NCBI GenBank assembly: GCA_963741955.1
Contig: CAVUKB010000007.1
Coordinates: 28,246 to 92,245 of the forward strand
Length of the DNA stretch: 64,000 nucleotides
Direction of reading: 5' to 3'
Source: an uncultured Acidobacteriota bacterium
GTDB lineage: Bacteria > Acidobacteriota > Thermoanaerobaculia > Gp7-AA8
Below are positions 1 to 10,337 of the stretch, one piece after another. The notes under the pieces were generated by a model, which saw nothing but the letters and a program-made list of their open reading frames with translations, searched no databases and was not told the origin of the DNA. A program made the translations under genes and the position numbers. Every line of letters starts with the position of its first letter. Within the stretch, counting starts at the first letter, position 1.

Positions 1-1
1 C

Positions 2-3000
2 TCCTCCGGGAGCAGCTGGCAGGTCACGCCGCTCGCCGGATCGATCGCACCGGGGCATTACTATCTGGTGCAGGAAAACGCGGGCAGCGGGGGCTCGGTG
101 AATCTTCCCGCTCCCGACGCGACGGGGGGCATCTCGATGTCCGCGTCGTCGGGTAAAGTGGCGCTGGCGGCTTCGGCCTCTCCCCTCGCCGGGACGTGTC
201 CGTCCGTCGTCGACTTCGTCGGATTCGGTTCGGCCAACTGCTTCGAAGGAGCCGCGGCCACACCCGGCCTGTCGAACACAACCGCGGCCTTCCGGAATGA
301 AGATGGGTGCGCGGACACGGACGACAACACGGGAGACTTCTCGACCGGCAGCCCCTCGCCCCGCAACAGCGCCTCGCCGGTGCATTCGTGCGGAGCGGTC
401 GTTCCATCACCCCCGACGGGCATCGGCCAGGCCGATCCGAACAGCGTCAGTCCGGGAGCCGTGACCCTGCTCACCGTGACCGTGACCGCGGGGACGCTTC
501 CGCCGAGCACGGGGATCACTGTGGCCGCGGACCTCGGGTCGATCGGCGGAGTCTCGTCGCAGCCGTTCTACGACGACGGCACGCACGGCGACATCACCGC
601 GGCCGACGGCACGTATTCGTTCGCCGCTCACGTCGCGAGCTCGACACCTCTCGGCGCGACGAGCCTTCCGGTCCAGATCGGCGACGCGGAAGGGAGAAGC
701 TCCACGACGACGATCGACTTCAGTGTCGATTCGCCGACCCTCGCTCCCGGAACCGTCGTCATCAGCCAGATCTACGGAGGCGGCGGGAACTCGGGAGCGA
801 CACTGAAGAACGATTTCATCGAGCTCTTCAACCGTAGCGACTCACCGGTCGATCTCAACGGATGGAGTGTCCAGTACATCAACTCGAGCGGGTCGTTCGA
901 CGGTGCGATGACTCTCCTCTCCGGAGTGATCGAGCCGCACGGCTACTTCCTGATTCAGGAAGCGCAGGGGACTGGAGGAACGCTCGACCTCCCGACTCCC
1001 GATCTCTCCGGCGCGATCGCGATGGGCGCGGGCGGCGGGAAGATCGCACTGGTCGCATCGGCGGCCGCGCTCAGCGGCGCGTGCCCGACCGGAGGGGGGA
1101 TCATCGATTTCGCAGGCTACGGCAATGCGAACTGTTCCGAAACGACCTCCATCGGAAATCTTTCGAATACCACCGCCGCGTTCCGTAAATCGGGCGGCTG
1201 CAAAGAGACCAACGACAACGCCCACGACTTCTTCGTCGCCGCTCCCGCGCCGCGGAACTCCTCGACGCCGGTGAACGACTGCAGCACGGTCGAGCCGCCG
1301 TCGGCCCCGCATGTGGTGATCAGCCAGATCTACGGAGGCGGCGGAAACTCCGGCGCGGTGTACAGCAACGACTTCGTCGAGCTGTACAACCCGACCGCAG
1401 CGGCAGTCGATCTCGAGAACTGGTCGATTCAATACGCGTCGTCCACCGGGAACACCTGGGGTTCGAACAGCCAGCCTCTGGGCGGAGTGATCGAGCCCGG
1501 CGGCTACTTCCTGATCGAGCTCGGCGCCGGTGCCGGAGGGGGCACTCCCGTTCCGTCGCCCCGCATCGTGAGCGACATCAACATGAGCGCTTCGAGCGGG
1601 AAGCTCGCGCTGGTGAGACGGGTCGAAGGGCTCACCGGCAACTGTCCGATCGGCGATCCCTTCCTGGTCGACTTCATCGGTTACGGGTCGGCCGACTGTT
1701 ACGAAGGGGGACTGAACGCACCTTCGCTGAACAACTCTCAGTCACTTCTCCGGGCCAATGGCGGGGAGACCGACACAGACCAGAACAGTGACGACTTCAC
1801 CCGCGGCACGCCCGACCCGCGCGGGAGCGGAGCTCTGGTCGATCTCGCTCCGCGCATTACGGGCGTCGATCCTTCCGGAGCGGACGCTCCGTTCGACGCG
1901 AGCGTCACCATCAACTTCAGCGAGCCGGTGATGGTCACCGGGCCGTGGTTCACCATCGGATGTTCGAGCTCCGGTCCGCACAGTGACGTCGAAGTGGCAT
2001 CCGCATTCTCGGCAAGCACGTGGATTCTCACGCCCAACGTCACGCTCATACCGGGCGAGCTCTGTACGGTGCACGTCGTCGGAGGCCTGATCACGGATCT
2101 CGACGGTGCTCCTCAGAATCTCCCTTCGGACGTCGAATGGACGTTCACCGTCGCGACGGGGACACCGGTGGAGACGGCCGGTGTTCATCTCACGATGGGA
2201 ATCCCGTCGAATGCGTCGCTCGACGATCCCGACGACTACCTGATGGAAAAGCCGGAGTTCGCGCTCTCGTACAATCGGGATCGCGGCACGGCGAACTGGG
2301 TGAGCTGGCACCTGAGTGACGAGTGGACCAGTGGTGGCTCCGGTGGCCGGACCGACACGTTCCGCCCCGATCCGGCGCTGACGCGCGAGTGGTACCGCGT
2401 CCTTCAAACCGACTACGCGGGCTCCGGTTTCGACCGCGGCCACATGTGCCCGAGCGCCGATCGCACCGCGGACATTCCGGTGAATCAGGCGACGTTCCTG
2501 ATGGCCAACATGGTCCCGCAGTCTCCGGACAACAACCAGGGACCGTGGGAGCAGTTCGAGAGCGATCTCCGCGCGCTCCTTCCCGGGAACGAGATCTACA
2601 TCGTCTCCGGGCCGGAAGGAATCGGAGGGAGTGGCAGCAACGGGTACGCGGAGACCATCGCCGGCGGGCACGTCACCGTTCCCTCCAGCACATGGAAGGT
2701 CGCCCTGGTGCTCCCGAAGATGAATGGCGATGACGTGTCGAGGGTCACGGCTGCAGTACGGACCATCGCCATCGACATTCCGAACGTTCAGGGAATCCGG
2801 ACCGATCCATGGACGAAGTACCTCACCACGGTACGATCGATCGAGGACCGTACCGGGTACGACTTCTTCTCCAACGTTCCGGAGATCGTCCAGAACAGCA
2901 TCGAGGAAGGGGTGAACGGCGCGAATCCGCCGGGAGTCGCGGATCAGACCGAGACCGTCGAAGCGGGAACCGCGACGCCGCTGCTCCTGATGGCGGTCTC

Positions 3001-3541
3001 GCCGAATGACGGACCACTGACGTACTCGATCCTGACGGAGCCGGCTCATGGTGAGCTCACCGGCGCCAGCTCCGAGGCGACTCACACCTACACCCCGGCG
3101 ACGTGGTTCGTCGGTGAAGACGCGTTCACATTCCGCGTCAGTGACGGGACGAGCGATTCGATCCCCGCGACGGTCCACCTCGACGTGGTCGATACGACTG
3201 CGCCGGTGATCTCGACCCTCGTGCCGAGTCTCACTCGCCTCTGGCCGGTCAACCACAAGATGGTCGGCGTGACGCTGGAGTACTCGGTGACCGATCTCGG
3301 AGACGATTCGCCGGTCTGTTCGCTGCACGTCATGAGCAACGAATCGCCGGACGGGACGGGCGACGGTACGACCTCTCCCGACTGGGAGGTCACGGATGCC
3401 CATCACCTCCTGCTGCGGGCCGAGCGTGCCGGAACGGGCAACGGCCGGGTCTACACGATCGGCGCGGAGTGCGCAGATCGGTTCGGAAATCTCTCGACCA
3501 GCGACGAAGTGACGGTCACCGTCCCGAAGTCGCTGGATTGA
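2..3541 (+). CDS. Secreted DNA/RNA non-specific endonuclease with N-terminal lamin-tail (LTD) repeats, Ig-like and cadherin-like domains. The gene is 5'-truncated by the window edge.
   Basis: The reading frame is open from base 2 and continues the LTD pattern (GSIAPGHYYLVQE). There are about 2.5 LTD repeats (VVISQIYGGGGNSGA...NDFIELFN...DLNGWSVQY...GVIEPHGYFLIQ). The NUC-family active-site motifs DRGHMCPSADR and FLMANMVPQSPDNNQGPWEQFE are present. C-terminal Ig/cadherin-like segments follow. Confidence 0.8.
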   Translation, partial: SSGSSWQVTPLAGSIAPGHYYLVQENAGSGGSVNLPAPDATGGISMSASSGKVALAASASPLAGTCPSVVDFVGFGSANCFEGAAATPGLSNTTAAFRNEDGCADTDDNTGDFSTGSPSPRNSASPVHSCGAVVPSPPTGIGQADPNSVSPGAVTLLTVTVTAGTLPPSTGITVAADLGSIGGVSSQPFYDDGTHGDITAADGTYSFAAHVASSTPLGATSLPVQIGDAEGRSSTTTIDFSVDSPTLAPGTVVISQIYGGGGNSGATLKNDFIELFNRSDSPVDLNGWSVQYINSSGSFDGAMTLLSGVIEPHGYFLIQEAQGTGGTLDLPTPDLSGAIAMGAGGGKIALVASAAALSGACPTGGGIIDFAGYGNANCSETTSIGNLSNTTAAFRKSGGCKETNDNAHDFFVAAPAPRNSSTPVNDCSTVEPPSAPHVVISQIYGGGGNSGAVYSNDFVELYNPTAAAVDLENWSIQYASSTGNTWGSNSQPLGGVIEPGGYFLIELGAGAGGGTPVPSPRIVSDINMSASSGKLALVRRVEGLTGNCPIGDPFLVDFIGYGSADCYEGGLNAPSLNNSQSLLRANGGETDTDQNSDDFTRGTPDPRGSGALVDLAPRITGVDPSGADAPFDASVTINFSEPVMVTGPWFTIGCSSSGPHSDVEVASAFSASTWILTPNVTLIPGELCTVHVVGGLITDLDGAPQNLPSDVEWTFTVATGTPVETAGVHLTMGIPSNASLDDPDDYLMEKPEFALSYNRDRGTANWVSWHLSDEWTSGGSGGRTDTFRPDPALTREWYRVLQTDYAGSGFDRGHMCPSADRTADIPVNQATFLMANMVPQSPDNNQGPWEQFESDLRALLPGNEIYIVSGPEGIGGSGSNGYAETIAGGHVTVPSSTWKVALVLPKMNGDDVSRVTAAVRTIAIDIPNVQGIRTDPWTKYLTTVRSIEDRTGYDFFSNVPEIVQNSIEEGVNGANPPGVADQTETVEAGTATPLLLMAVSPNDGPLTYSILTEPAHGELTGASSEATHTYTPATWFVGEDAFTFRVSDGTSDSIPATVHLDVVDTTAPVISTLVPSLTRLWPVNHKMVGVTLEYSVTDLGDDSPVCSLHVMSNESPDGTGDGTTSPDWEVTDAHHLLLRAERAGTGNGRVYTIGAECADRFGNLSTSDEVTVTVPKSLD

Positions 3542-3559
3542 CGTTTCGCTGATCCGGCG

Positions 3560-4420
3560 ATCATGGATCCGCACCGCTCGGGAACCTTGCAGGTTGAGGG
3601 GTGCGGATCCTCCGATCCGCGGCGAGAATCGCGTTCGAGCGCAATGAGACGGCGCTGTCGGCTGAGGCGAAGCCGCTCTCGCGAGACTCGCGCACTCCAC
3701 CGACGCTGCGCGCAACGCGACAGTCTCCGTCTTCCTCGGCTTCGACACGATCGTCGCCACTCGGGACCCCCGCAGATTGAGGGGTGCAGATCCTCCGATC
3801 TGCCGCGGACGTGGTGTTCGAGCGCAATGAGACGGCGCTGTCGGCTGAGGCGAAGCCGCTCTCGCGAGACTCGCGCATTCCACCGACGCTGCGCGCAACG
3901 GGACAGTCTCCGTCTTCCTCGGCTTCGACATGATCGTCGCCACTCGGGACCCCCGCAGATTGAGGGGTGCAGATCCTCCGATCTGCCGCGGACGTGGTGT
4001 TCGAGCGCAATGAGACGGCGCTGTCGGCTGAGGCGAAGCCGCTCTCGCGAGACTCGCGCATTCCACCGACGCTGCGCGCAACGGGACAGTCTCCGTCTTC
4101 CTCGGCTTCGACATGATCGTCGCCACTCGGGACCCCCGCAGATTGAGGGGTGCAGATCCTCCGATCTGCCGCGGACGTGGTGTTCGAGCGCAATGAGACG
4201 GCGCTGTCGGCTGAGGCGAAGCCGCTCTCGCGAGACTCGCGCATTCCACCGACGCTGCGCGCAACGGGACAGTCTCCGTCTTCCTCGGCTTCGACATGAT
4301 CGTCGCGGCGGATCAGAGGATCCGCACCCCCTCGGGGTCCCTGCAGGTTGACCCCCGAATTCCACCGACGCTGCGCGCAACGCCGCGGTCTCCGTCTTCC
4401 TCGGCTCCCCTCGCGCGGAG
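3560..4420. repeat. Intergenic tandem repeat array: 183-bp unit, about 4.6 copies. Each unit contains short hairpins, and the array is bracketed by a ggatccgcacc...ggtgcggatcc palindrome.
   Basis: Units start at about 3593, 3776, 3959 and 4142, exactly 183 bp apart, plus a partial diverged fifth copy. Copies are near-identical. ORFs through the array on both strands give repeating Arg-rich peptides and are unlikely to be coding. Confidence 0.85.
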
Positions 4421-4550
4421 TCGGCCGCGGGCGGGCTTTCCGAGGAGGAATCACGAACCCGCCGATCGCGAACTGGTCCGCAATTCGCATCGGCTCTGTC
4501 CGCCAGCCGGAACGTCAACACCTAAATCCGCCGTCGAACAGGAGCGTCGA

Positions 4551-6836
4551 ATGAGCACCGTCGAACCGCAAGCGCCCTCTCTCCCGGAGTTCGAAAAAGA
4601 AGTCGCCGAAACGCAGGAATGGCTCGACAGCCCCCGCTTCCGGGAGATCACCCGTCTCTACTCCGCACGACAGGTCGTCGAGCAGCGCGGCACGATCCGC
4701 ACGGAATACAGCGTCGCTCGCGACGCCGCGGTTGCTTTTTACGACCGCCTCCGCGAGCTCTTCCGCGAAAAGAAAGCGGTCACCACGTTCGGTCCCTATT
4801 CGCCCGGACAGGCGGTCGCCTTGAAGCGCATCGGAATCGAGGCGATTTACCTCGGCGGTTGGGCGACGTCGGCCAAGGGCTCGACCCACGAAGATCCCGG
4901 ACCCGATCTCGCCAGCTATCCCCTCAGTCAGGTCCCGGATGAGGCAGCGGTTCTGGTCCGCGCGCTCCTCGCGGCGGACCGCAACCAGCAGTTCCTTCGG
5001 TCGCGGATGAGCGAACAGCAACGGGCCAAGACGCCGGTCTACGATTTCCGCCCGTTCATCATCGCCGATGCAGATACGGGACACGGAGGCGATCCGCACG
5101 TACGGAATCTCGTGCGGCGCTTCGTCGAGGCAGGGGTGTCCGGGTACCACATCGAGGACCAGCGGCCGGGGACGAAAAAGTGCGGACATCAGGGGGGGAA
5201 GGTCCTGGTCGGATCGGACGAACAGATCAAGCGCCTGAACGCGGCGCGCTTTCAGCTCGACGTGATGCGCGTCCCTGGAATCATCGTGGCGCGAACGGAT
5301 GCCGAAGCGGCGACTCTCATCGACAGCCGCGGAGACGAGCGCGATCAGCCGTTCATCCTCGGCGCGACGAACGTGAACCTTCCCGCGTACAAGGCTGCGT
5401 TTCTCGCGCTGATGCGCCGGTTCCACTCACTCGGGGTGAAAGAACTGAACGGGTTCATGCTCTACGAACCGTCGGATGAAGAGATGCGGGACGCCGACGA
5501 GTGGCTCGAGCGGACCGGTCTGGCCGCCGAGGCGAAGGGAGCCATCGATCGGATCACCCGGAATGAAGGTTTCTCGGTCGATGCGCTCTTCGACAGCGTT
5601 GCGTCGCATCTGATCGAGATCTGGGAGGCGGAGGCGGGGCTCGAGACGTACAGCGAGGCGGTTGCGGACGTACTCGAGTTCCAGCAGAGCGAAGGCGAAC
5701 CGATCGAGATGACGCCGGAGGAATGGCGGATCTACGCGTCGCGCGCGTCTCTCTACGCGGCCCGGAAGACGGCGCGCTCGCTCGGAGTGAACATCGTCTG
5801 GAACTGCGAGCACGCGAAGACGCCGGACGGCTACTACCAGGTCCGTGGCGGAATCGAGTACGCCATCGCGAAGTCACTGGCTGTCGCCCCCTTCTCCGAC
5901 ATTCTCTGGATGGAAACGAAGACGGCGGATCTCGCCGACGCGAAGAGATTCGCGGACGCGATCCACGCGCGGTTCCCGGACAAAATGCTCGCCTACAATC
6001 TCTCGCCCTCCTTCAACTGGGATTCCACCGGAATGACTGATGACGACATGCGGGCGTTCCCCGGTGAGCTCGGTAAGATGGGATTCGTCTTCAACTTCAT
6101 CACCTATGGTGGCCATCAGATCGACGGACTGGCGGCAGAGGAGTTCGCGACCGCGCTGCGGCAGGACGGGATGCTCGCGCTCGCGAGGCTGCAGCGGAAG
6201 TTCCGGCTGGTCGAGTCGCCGTACCGCACGCCCCAGACGCTGGTCGGCGGCCCCCGTCTCGATGCCGCGCTCGCCGCATCGTCCGGCCGGACCGCCACCA
6301 CGAAGGCGATGGGGAAAGGATCGACGCAGCACCAGCATCTGATCCAGACCGAAGTCCCGAAGAAGCTGCTCGAGGAGTGGCTCGGAATGTGGGCCGACTA
6401 CTACCAGCTGCGAGGACCTCTCACCGTGGATCTGAGGCCGCAGCGGGCGGGGTCAGAGCTTCTGGAGCTGGCCATCGTGCGCAGCGACGAGAAGGAGGCG
6501 AACGTCATCTTCGCACCGATCCTGGACCGGCGGGAACGGACGATTCTTTCCGTACGCGACCAGAACACGTTCGACGAAGAGCTTCGAAGAAAGCGGCTGA
6601 TGACGCTGATCCACCTCTTCCTGATCCACCGCTACAAAGCCGAGTCGGTGCACTACGTCACTCCGACCGAGGACAACCAGTACCAGACCTCGAAGATGAA
6701 GTCGCACGGGATCTTCAGCCAGGTGAACACGGAGGTGGGACAGATCATCGTTGCGGATGTGAATCACCCGCGGATCGCCGAGCTCCTCGCGCCGGACCGC
6801 GAAGCTCTGTGGAAGTTGATCCGGAAAGAGGGGTAG
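4551..6836 (+). CDS. aceA: Isocitrate lyase, long form (ICL2/AceAb-like, about 761 aa)
   Basis: [12 protein letters not shown] catalytic signature. N-terminal MSTVEPQ... typical of ICL. ATG at 4551 with a GGAG RBS. The track ORF from 4296 is an upstream extension into the repeat array. Confidence 0.9.
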   Translation: MSTVEPQAPSLPEFEKEVAETQEWLDSPRFREITRLYSARQVVEQRGTIRTEYSVARDAAVAFYDRLRELFREKKAVTTFGPYSPGQAVALKRIGIEAIYLGGWATSAKGSTHEDPGPDLASYPLSQVPDEAAVLVRALLAADRNQQFLRSRMSEQQRAKTPVYDFRPFIIADADTGHGGDPHVRNLVRRFVEAGVSGYHIEDQRPGTKKCGHQGGKVLVGSDEQIKRLNAARFQLDVMRVPGIIVARTDAEAATLIDSRGDERDQPFILGATNVNLPAYKAAFLALMRRFHSLGVKELNGFMLYEPSDEEMRDADEWLERTGLAAEAKGAIDRITRNEGFSVDALFDSVASHLIEIWEAEAGLETYSEAVADVLEFQQSEGEPIEMTPEEWRIYASRASLYAARKTARSLGVNIVWNCEHAKTPDGYYQVRGGIEYAIAKSLAVAPFSDILWMETKTADLADAKRFADAIHARFPDKMLAYNLSPSFNWDSTGMTDDDMRAFPGELGKMGFVFNFITYGGHQIDGLAAEEFATALRQDGMLALARLQRKFRLVESPYRTPQTLVGGPRLDAALAASSGRTATTKAMGKGSTQHQHLIQTEVPKKLLEEWLGMWADYYQLRGPLTVDLRPQRAGSELLELAIVRSDEKEANVIFAPILDRRERTILSVRDQNTFDEELRRKRLMTLIHLFLIHRYKAESVHYVTPTEDNQYQTSKMKSHGIFSQVNTEVGQIIVADVNHPRIAELLAPDREALWKLIRKEG

Positions 6837-6973
6837 ACGAGATTTCGCCACGACGGCGTCTGCCGTCTCGGGATCCTCACGGGCTCAGCGATCAGCCTGA
6901 GACCACCGGATAGCGCGGCCGATTGAAGTGTGCCACACTTATCTCCGATCCGAAAAGACATCGAAGCGGCCGT

Positions 6974-7003
6974 GAACCAGGGGAGGTGCGACCAGCCGCT
7001 CCT
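6974..7003. terminator. Putative bidirectional hairpin terminator between the convergent aceA and 7018..7848 genes
   Basis: ggggagg-N13-cctcccc stem-loop followed by a T-containing tail, immediately after both stop codons. Confidence 0.35.
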
Positions 7004-7017
7004 CCCCTGGAATGATT

Positions 7018-7848
7018 TCATTCGGCACCCGGAACGATGACGGTGACGTGCTGAGTGATGTCACTCGTCACCGTCATCATTGTCCAGTAAGGCACATCCC
7101 CGTCGGGTGGTATCACTTCGATGCCTGCATCGTCCGGGATCACGCCAGCGGGCAAATCACCTGTCAGATCGTAACTCGCGGCATACCACGGGAAACTCGA
7201 ATCCGCATCGCTATCGCAGTGCGAGCCGTCGGCCCAAGTCCACGGTAAGGTCATGCTGCTGATCGTGCTACCGTCCTTGGTCTTGAATAACCTCACTCTG
7301 AACGTTCGCACATCGTCGCAGAAACGTTCTGTGAACCGGTAGATTCGGATGGACAGTCGGAAGCCCGAGGTCAACGGGATAGGTGCGAACCAGGTAGCCC
7401 CGCGGCGAACGTCGCGGGAACGAACGACCGGAATCGAGGTCCCCCACGTCGTTTCGGCGCGCGAGGAGTCGCGTACGCCCAACGAGAACGAGACCTGTGC
7501 GGCCACGTCAGCATTCACGTACAAGAGGCGCGATGGGAGGGCGAATGCGAAATCGCGGTTGTCCGGATGGAGCTCCTCGGCCGCTCCGGGAGCGAGCAGA
7601 CGGTCGTGCCCGCAGGGAATCGAGGCTCCACAATCGATGACTTCTCCGCTTACCTCGAAGTAGAGCGACAAGGCTCGCTCGAGCCCATTCGTTACCCACA
7701 AGTGCGAACTCCAGTTCGAGCCAAATGCCCCGGGAACGTCATAATATACGGCAGGGACCAGTATCACTTCCCTGGGTGGATCAGCGGCAATACTCTTCGT
7801 GGCCACACAGGCCAGGCAAAGAGCAGCCAAGACGATACGGAAACTCAT
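7018..7848 (-). CDS. Secreted hypothetical protein (signal peptide MSFRIVLAALCLACVA)
   Basis: ATG at 7848 overlaps (ATGA) the stop of the upstream gene. N-terminal signal peptide. No recognisable family. Confidence 0.55.
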   Translation of the reverse strand: MSFRIVLAALCLACVATKSIAADPPREVILVPAVYYDVPGAFGSNWSSHLWVTNGLERALSLYFEVSGEVIDCGASIPCGHDRLLAPGAAEELHPDNRDFAFALPSRLLYVNADVAAQVSFSLGVRDSSRAETTWGTSIPVVRSRDVRRGATWFAPIPLTSGFRLSIRIYRFTERFCDDVRTFRVRLFKTKDGSTISSMTLPWTWADGSHCDSDADSSFPWYAASYDLTGDLPAGVIPDDAGIEVIPPDGDVPYWTMMTVTSDITQHVTVIVPGAE

Positions 7849-8456
7849 GAGCCTACCTCCTGATCGCATGGCCTCGTTCTCGCGAGCTTGATCTGGCCGG
7901 CGTGAAGAGGGTCGCCGGTATTCACCAACACCTGTGAGTACGTGAGAAGTTGGCTCCACACGTCGCCGGGGCTGAGGTTCGGATCGTGTGCATACGGAAC
8001 GGCGACGGTGGTGTGGCGGAACTCGGGGAGGTATTTCCATACCGGATCGGAGATGACCAGCTTCCCGTCCTCCTCGAGCATCATCACGCCGACGCTGACG
8101 ATCGCTTTCGTCTGGGACGCGATCCGGAACATCGAATCATCGCGCATCGGCACGCGCGCTTCGCGATCCCGTGCGCCGAACGTGTCGAGGAAGGCGATCT
8201 TCCCGTGCCGGGCCACCAGGATTACCCCGCCCGGGAGCCGGTCCTCCCGGACGTAGCGTTCCATCGTCGAGTGGAGTCGTTGCAGCCTTTCCGTGGAGAG
8301 CCCGACGCTCTCCGGTGTGGCCCGATCGAACGAGCTTCTCCCGGCCGTTTGTGCCGTCGCGAGCGACGCGACGAGAACGATCGAGACAGCGAGAAGGGTG
8401 GCCGCCGAAGCGACTCGGCGTCGAGAGCAGTCGAGGTTTTTCGGTTTCATCTTCAT
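7845..8456 (-). CDS. Serine hydrolase (beta-lactamase / class C family) N-terminal fragment, about 204 aa. Possibly truncated or a pseudogene.
   Basis: Signal peptide MKMKPK...ATAQTA. The SxxK motif FRIASQTKAI and typical LPGGVILVARHGKIA are present, but no YxN or KTG motifs follow before the stop. A GGAG RBS precedes the ATG at 8456. Confidence 0.5.
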   Translation of the reverse strand: MKMKPKNLDCSRRRVASAATLLAVSIVLVASLATAQTAGRSSFDRATPESVGLSTERLQRLHSTMERYVREDRLPGGVILVARHGKIAFLDTFGARDREARVPMRDDSMFRIASQTKAIVSVGVMMLEEDGKLVISDPVWKYLPEFRHTTVAVPYAHDPNLSPGDVWSQLLTYSQVLVNTGDPLHAGQIKLARTRPCDQEVGS

Positions 8457-8698
8457 CTCCGGACGAGCAGCGATCACGAGATATCTGAACGACTGCCAAC
8501 TTACTCCCCCGATCGGAGGCGAGGCAATCACGGGAATCTCTGTTACGTCTTCGCAACACCATTGACGGAGAAAGGCCGACGGCCCGGACGGCCCGTCGCC
8601 CTGTGCCTCGCGTCACAGTTTCGCCCGATTCGCCAACGATAGAGTCCTCCCGTAAGAGTGCCCGGATCCCGAACGATCCGGAGAGGAGACGTCCTTCA

Positions 8699-9982
8699 AT
8701 GGCTGCCAACAACAACGCTTTCGTCACCGCGCAACGCCAGTTCGACCGGGTCGCCGACATGCTGGAGCTCGACGCTTCCACCCGTGCGCTCCTTCGCTGG
8801 CCTCTGCGCGAATATCACTTCGCCGTTCCGGTTCGCATGGACGACGGGAAAGTCGAGATCTTCCGCGGCTTCCGCGTACAGCACAACGACGCCCGTGGCC
8901 CGGGGAAGGGCGGCATCCGCTTCCACCCCGCCGAGACCATCGACACGGTCCGCGCCCTGGCGATGTGGATGACGTGGAAGTGCGCCGTCGTCGACATCCC
9001 GCTCGGTGGGAGTAAAGGTGGGGTGATCGTCGACGCCCACAATCTCAGCGCCCGTGAGACCGAATCGCTCTGCCGCGGGTGGGTGCGGCAGATCGCCCGT
9101 GACATGGGTCCGTTCCGCGACGTTCCCGCCCCCGACGTGATGACCAATCCGCAGAACATGCTTTGGATGCTCGACGAGTTCGAAGCGATCCATGGCGGAC
9201 GGTTCCCCGGATTCATCACTGGAAAGCCCATCGGAATGGGCGGATCGCAGGGTCGGAAAGAGGCCACCGGGTACGGCGTGGTCTTCACCATCCGCGAAGC
9301 GCTCCGCGAGCTGAACATGGATCCGGAGAAGACCACCGCCAGCGTTCAGGGTTTCGGCAACGTCGCCCAATACGCGGTGGAGCTTCTCGGCAAGATCGGG
9401 GTGACTGTCCGCTGCGTTTCGAGCTGGGACCAGTCGGAGCAGAAGTCGTTCACCTTCCGTCGCGAGAGCGGCGTCGATTTCGCCGAGCTGCTGAAGATCA
9501 CCAGCCCGTTCGGTGAGATCGACCGTGCGAAGGCGACGAAGCTCGGCTACGAGGTGCTTCCGGCCGAAGCCTGGATCGAGCAGGACGTCGATATCCTCGT
9601 TCCTGCGGCGCTCGAACATCAGATCACGGAAGAAAACGTAGGGAAGATCAGCGCCCGGGTCCGGATCATCGCCGAGGGAGCCAATGGCCCGACGACGATG
9701 GAAGCGGATGAAGCGCTCGCGAAGCGGGGGATCTTCCTGATCCCCGACTTCCTGGCCAACGCCGGTGGGGTGACCACCAGCTATTTCGAGCAGGTTCAGA
9801 GCAACATGAACTACTTCTGGGAGAAGGACGAGGTTCTCGCGCGCCTCGACACGAAGATGACCGCGGCGTTCCATGCGGTCCTCGACGTGGCGAAGAAGCG
9901 GAAGGTCTCCATGCGCGATGCGGCGTACATCATCTCCATCAGCAGAGTGGCGCAGGCCTGCCGCGATCGGGGCTGGGTGTAG
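8699..9982 (+). CDS. gdhA: Glutamate dehydrogenase (Glu/Leu/Phe/Val dehydrogenase family)
   Basis: KGGIRFHP and GGSKGG motifs. About 427 aa. A GGAGAGGAG RBS lies before the ATG at 8699. Confidence 0.9.
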   Translation: MAANNNAFVTAQRQFDRVADMLELDASTRALLRWPLREYHFAVPVRMDDGKVEIFRGFRVQHNDARGPGKGGIRFHPAETIDTVRALAMWMTWKCAVVDIPLGGSKGGVIVDAHNLSARETESLCRGWVRQIARDMGPFRDVPAPDVMTNPQNMLWMLDEFEAIHGGRFPGFITGKPIGMGGSQGRKEATGYGVVFTIREALRELNMDPEKTTASVQGFGNVAQYAVELLGKIGVTVRCVSSWDQSEQKSFTFRRESGVDFAELLKITSPFGEIDRAKATKLGYEVLPAEAWIEQDVDILVPAALEHQITEENVGKISARVRIIAEGANGPTTMEADEALAKRGIFLIPDFLANAGGVTTSYFEQVQSNMNYFWEKDEVLARLDTKMTAAFHAVLDVAKKRKVSMRDAAYIISISRVAQACRDRGWV

Positions 9983-9998
9983 AAGAGAAGACGGTCCA

Positions 9999-10159
9999 GG
10001 AGTCTGCGCGGTAGAAACTGTCCTACTGCGAAAACGGATCAGCGGTCCAGATCCGTCCGGATTTTCGGCGAGTAGCCACCGCTACGCACCTCAAATTCGA
10101 ACGAAGTTGGCCTCGCTGCTCCGCCTTCTCGCGACGGACGTTCCTACCGTGCAGACTCC
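9999..10159 (+). mobile_element. MITE (A-type, about 161 bp) with 16-20-bp TIRs ggagtctgcgcggtagaaac / gtt(c/t)ctaccg(t/c)gcagactcc. Copy 1.
   Basis: Near-identical copies at 26272..26432 and 36393..36553. Its TIRs match the ends of the IS at 34798..36390. Confidence 0.8.
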
Positions 10160-10337
10160 TCGGCTCGCAAAGTTCCGGATTCGGAGCGAAGATGGGAAGC
10201 AGGAGCGGGCCGCGCGAGCGCGCGGTCCGTTCCGCCCCCTGAGCGTTCAGGCGAAGGGGAGGATTCGATCCGGGCTGAGATCGGAGTCGCCAAGGCGGAC
10301 GGGTCCGGCTCCCTGAGAGAGCCCTCGAGAGGGCCGC

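Noticed and set aside
3560-4420. CRISPR array
   Set aside because: The units are near-identical over their whole 183 bp with no unique spacers, and no cas genes are nearby.
3451-4521. ORFs of 262 to 356 aa on both strands through the 183-bp tandem array
   Set aside because: They arise only because 183 is divisible by 3. The peptides are Arg/Ser-rich and repetitive with no start context.
4296-4550. Upstream extension of the isocitrate lyase ORF
   Set aside because: The extension runs through repeat sequence. The conserved ICL N-terminus begins at the ATG at 4551, which has an RBS.
9999-10159. Retron msr/msd-like ncRNA (flanking inverted repeats)
   Set aside because: It is present in multiple near-identical copies, with no adjacent reverse transcriptase, and it shares termini with an IS element. 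A MITE fits better.
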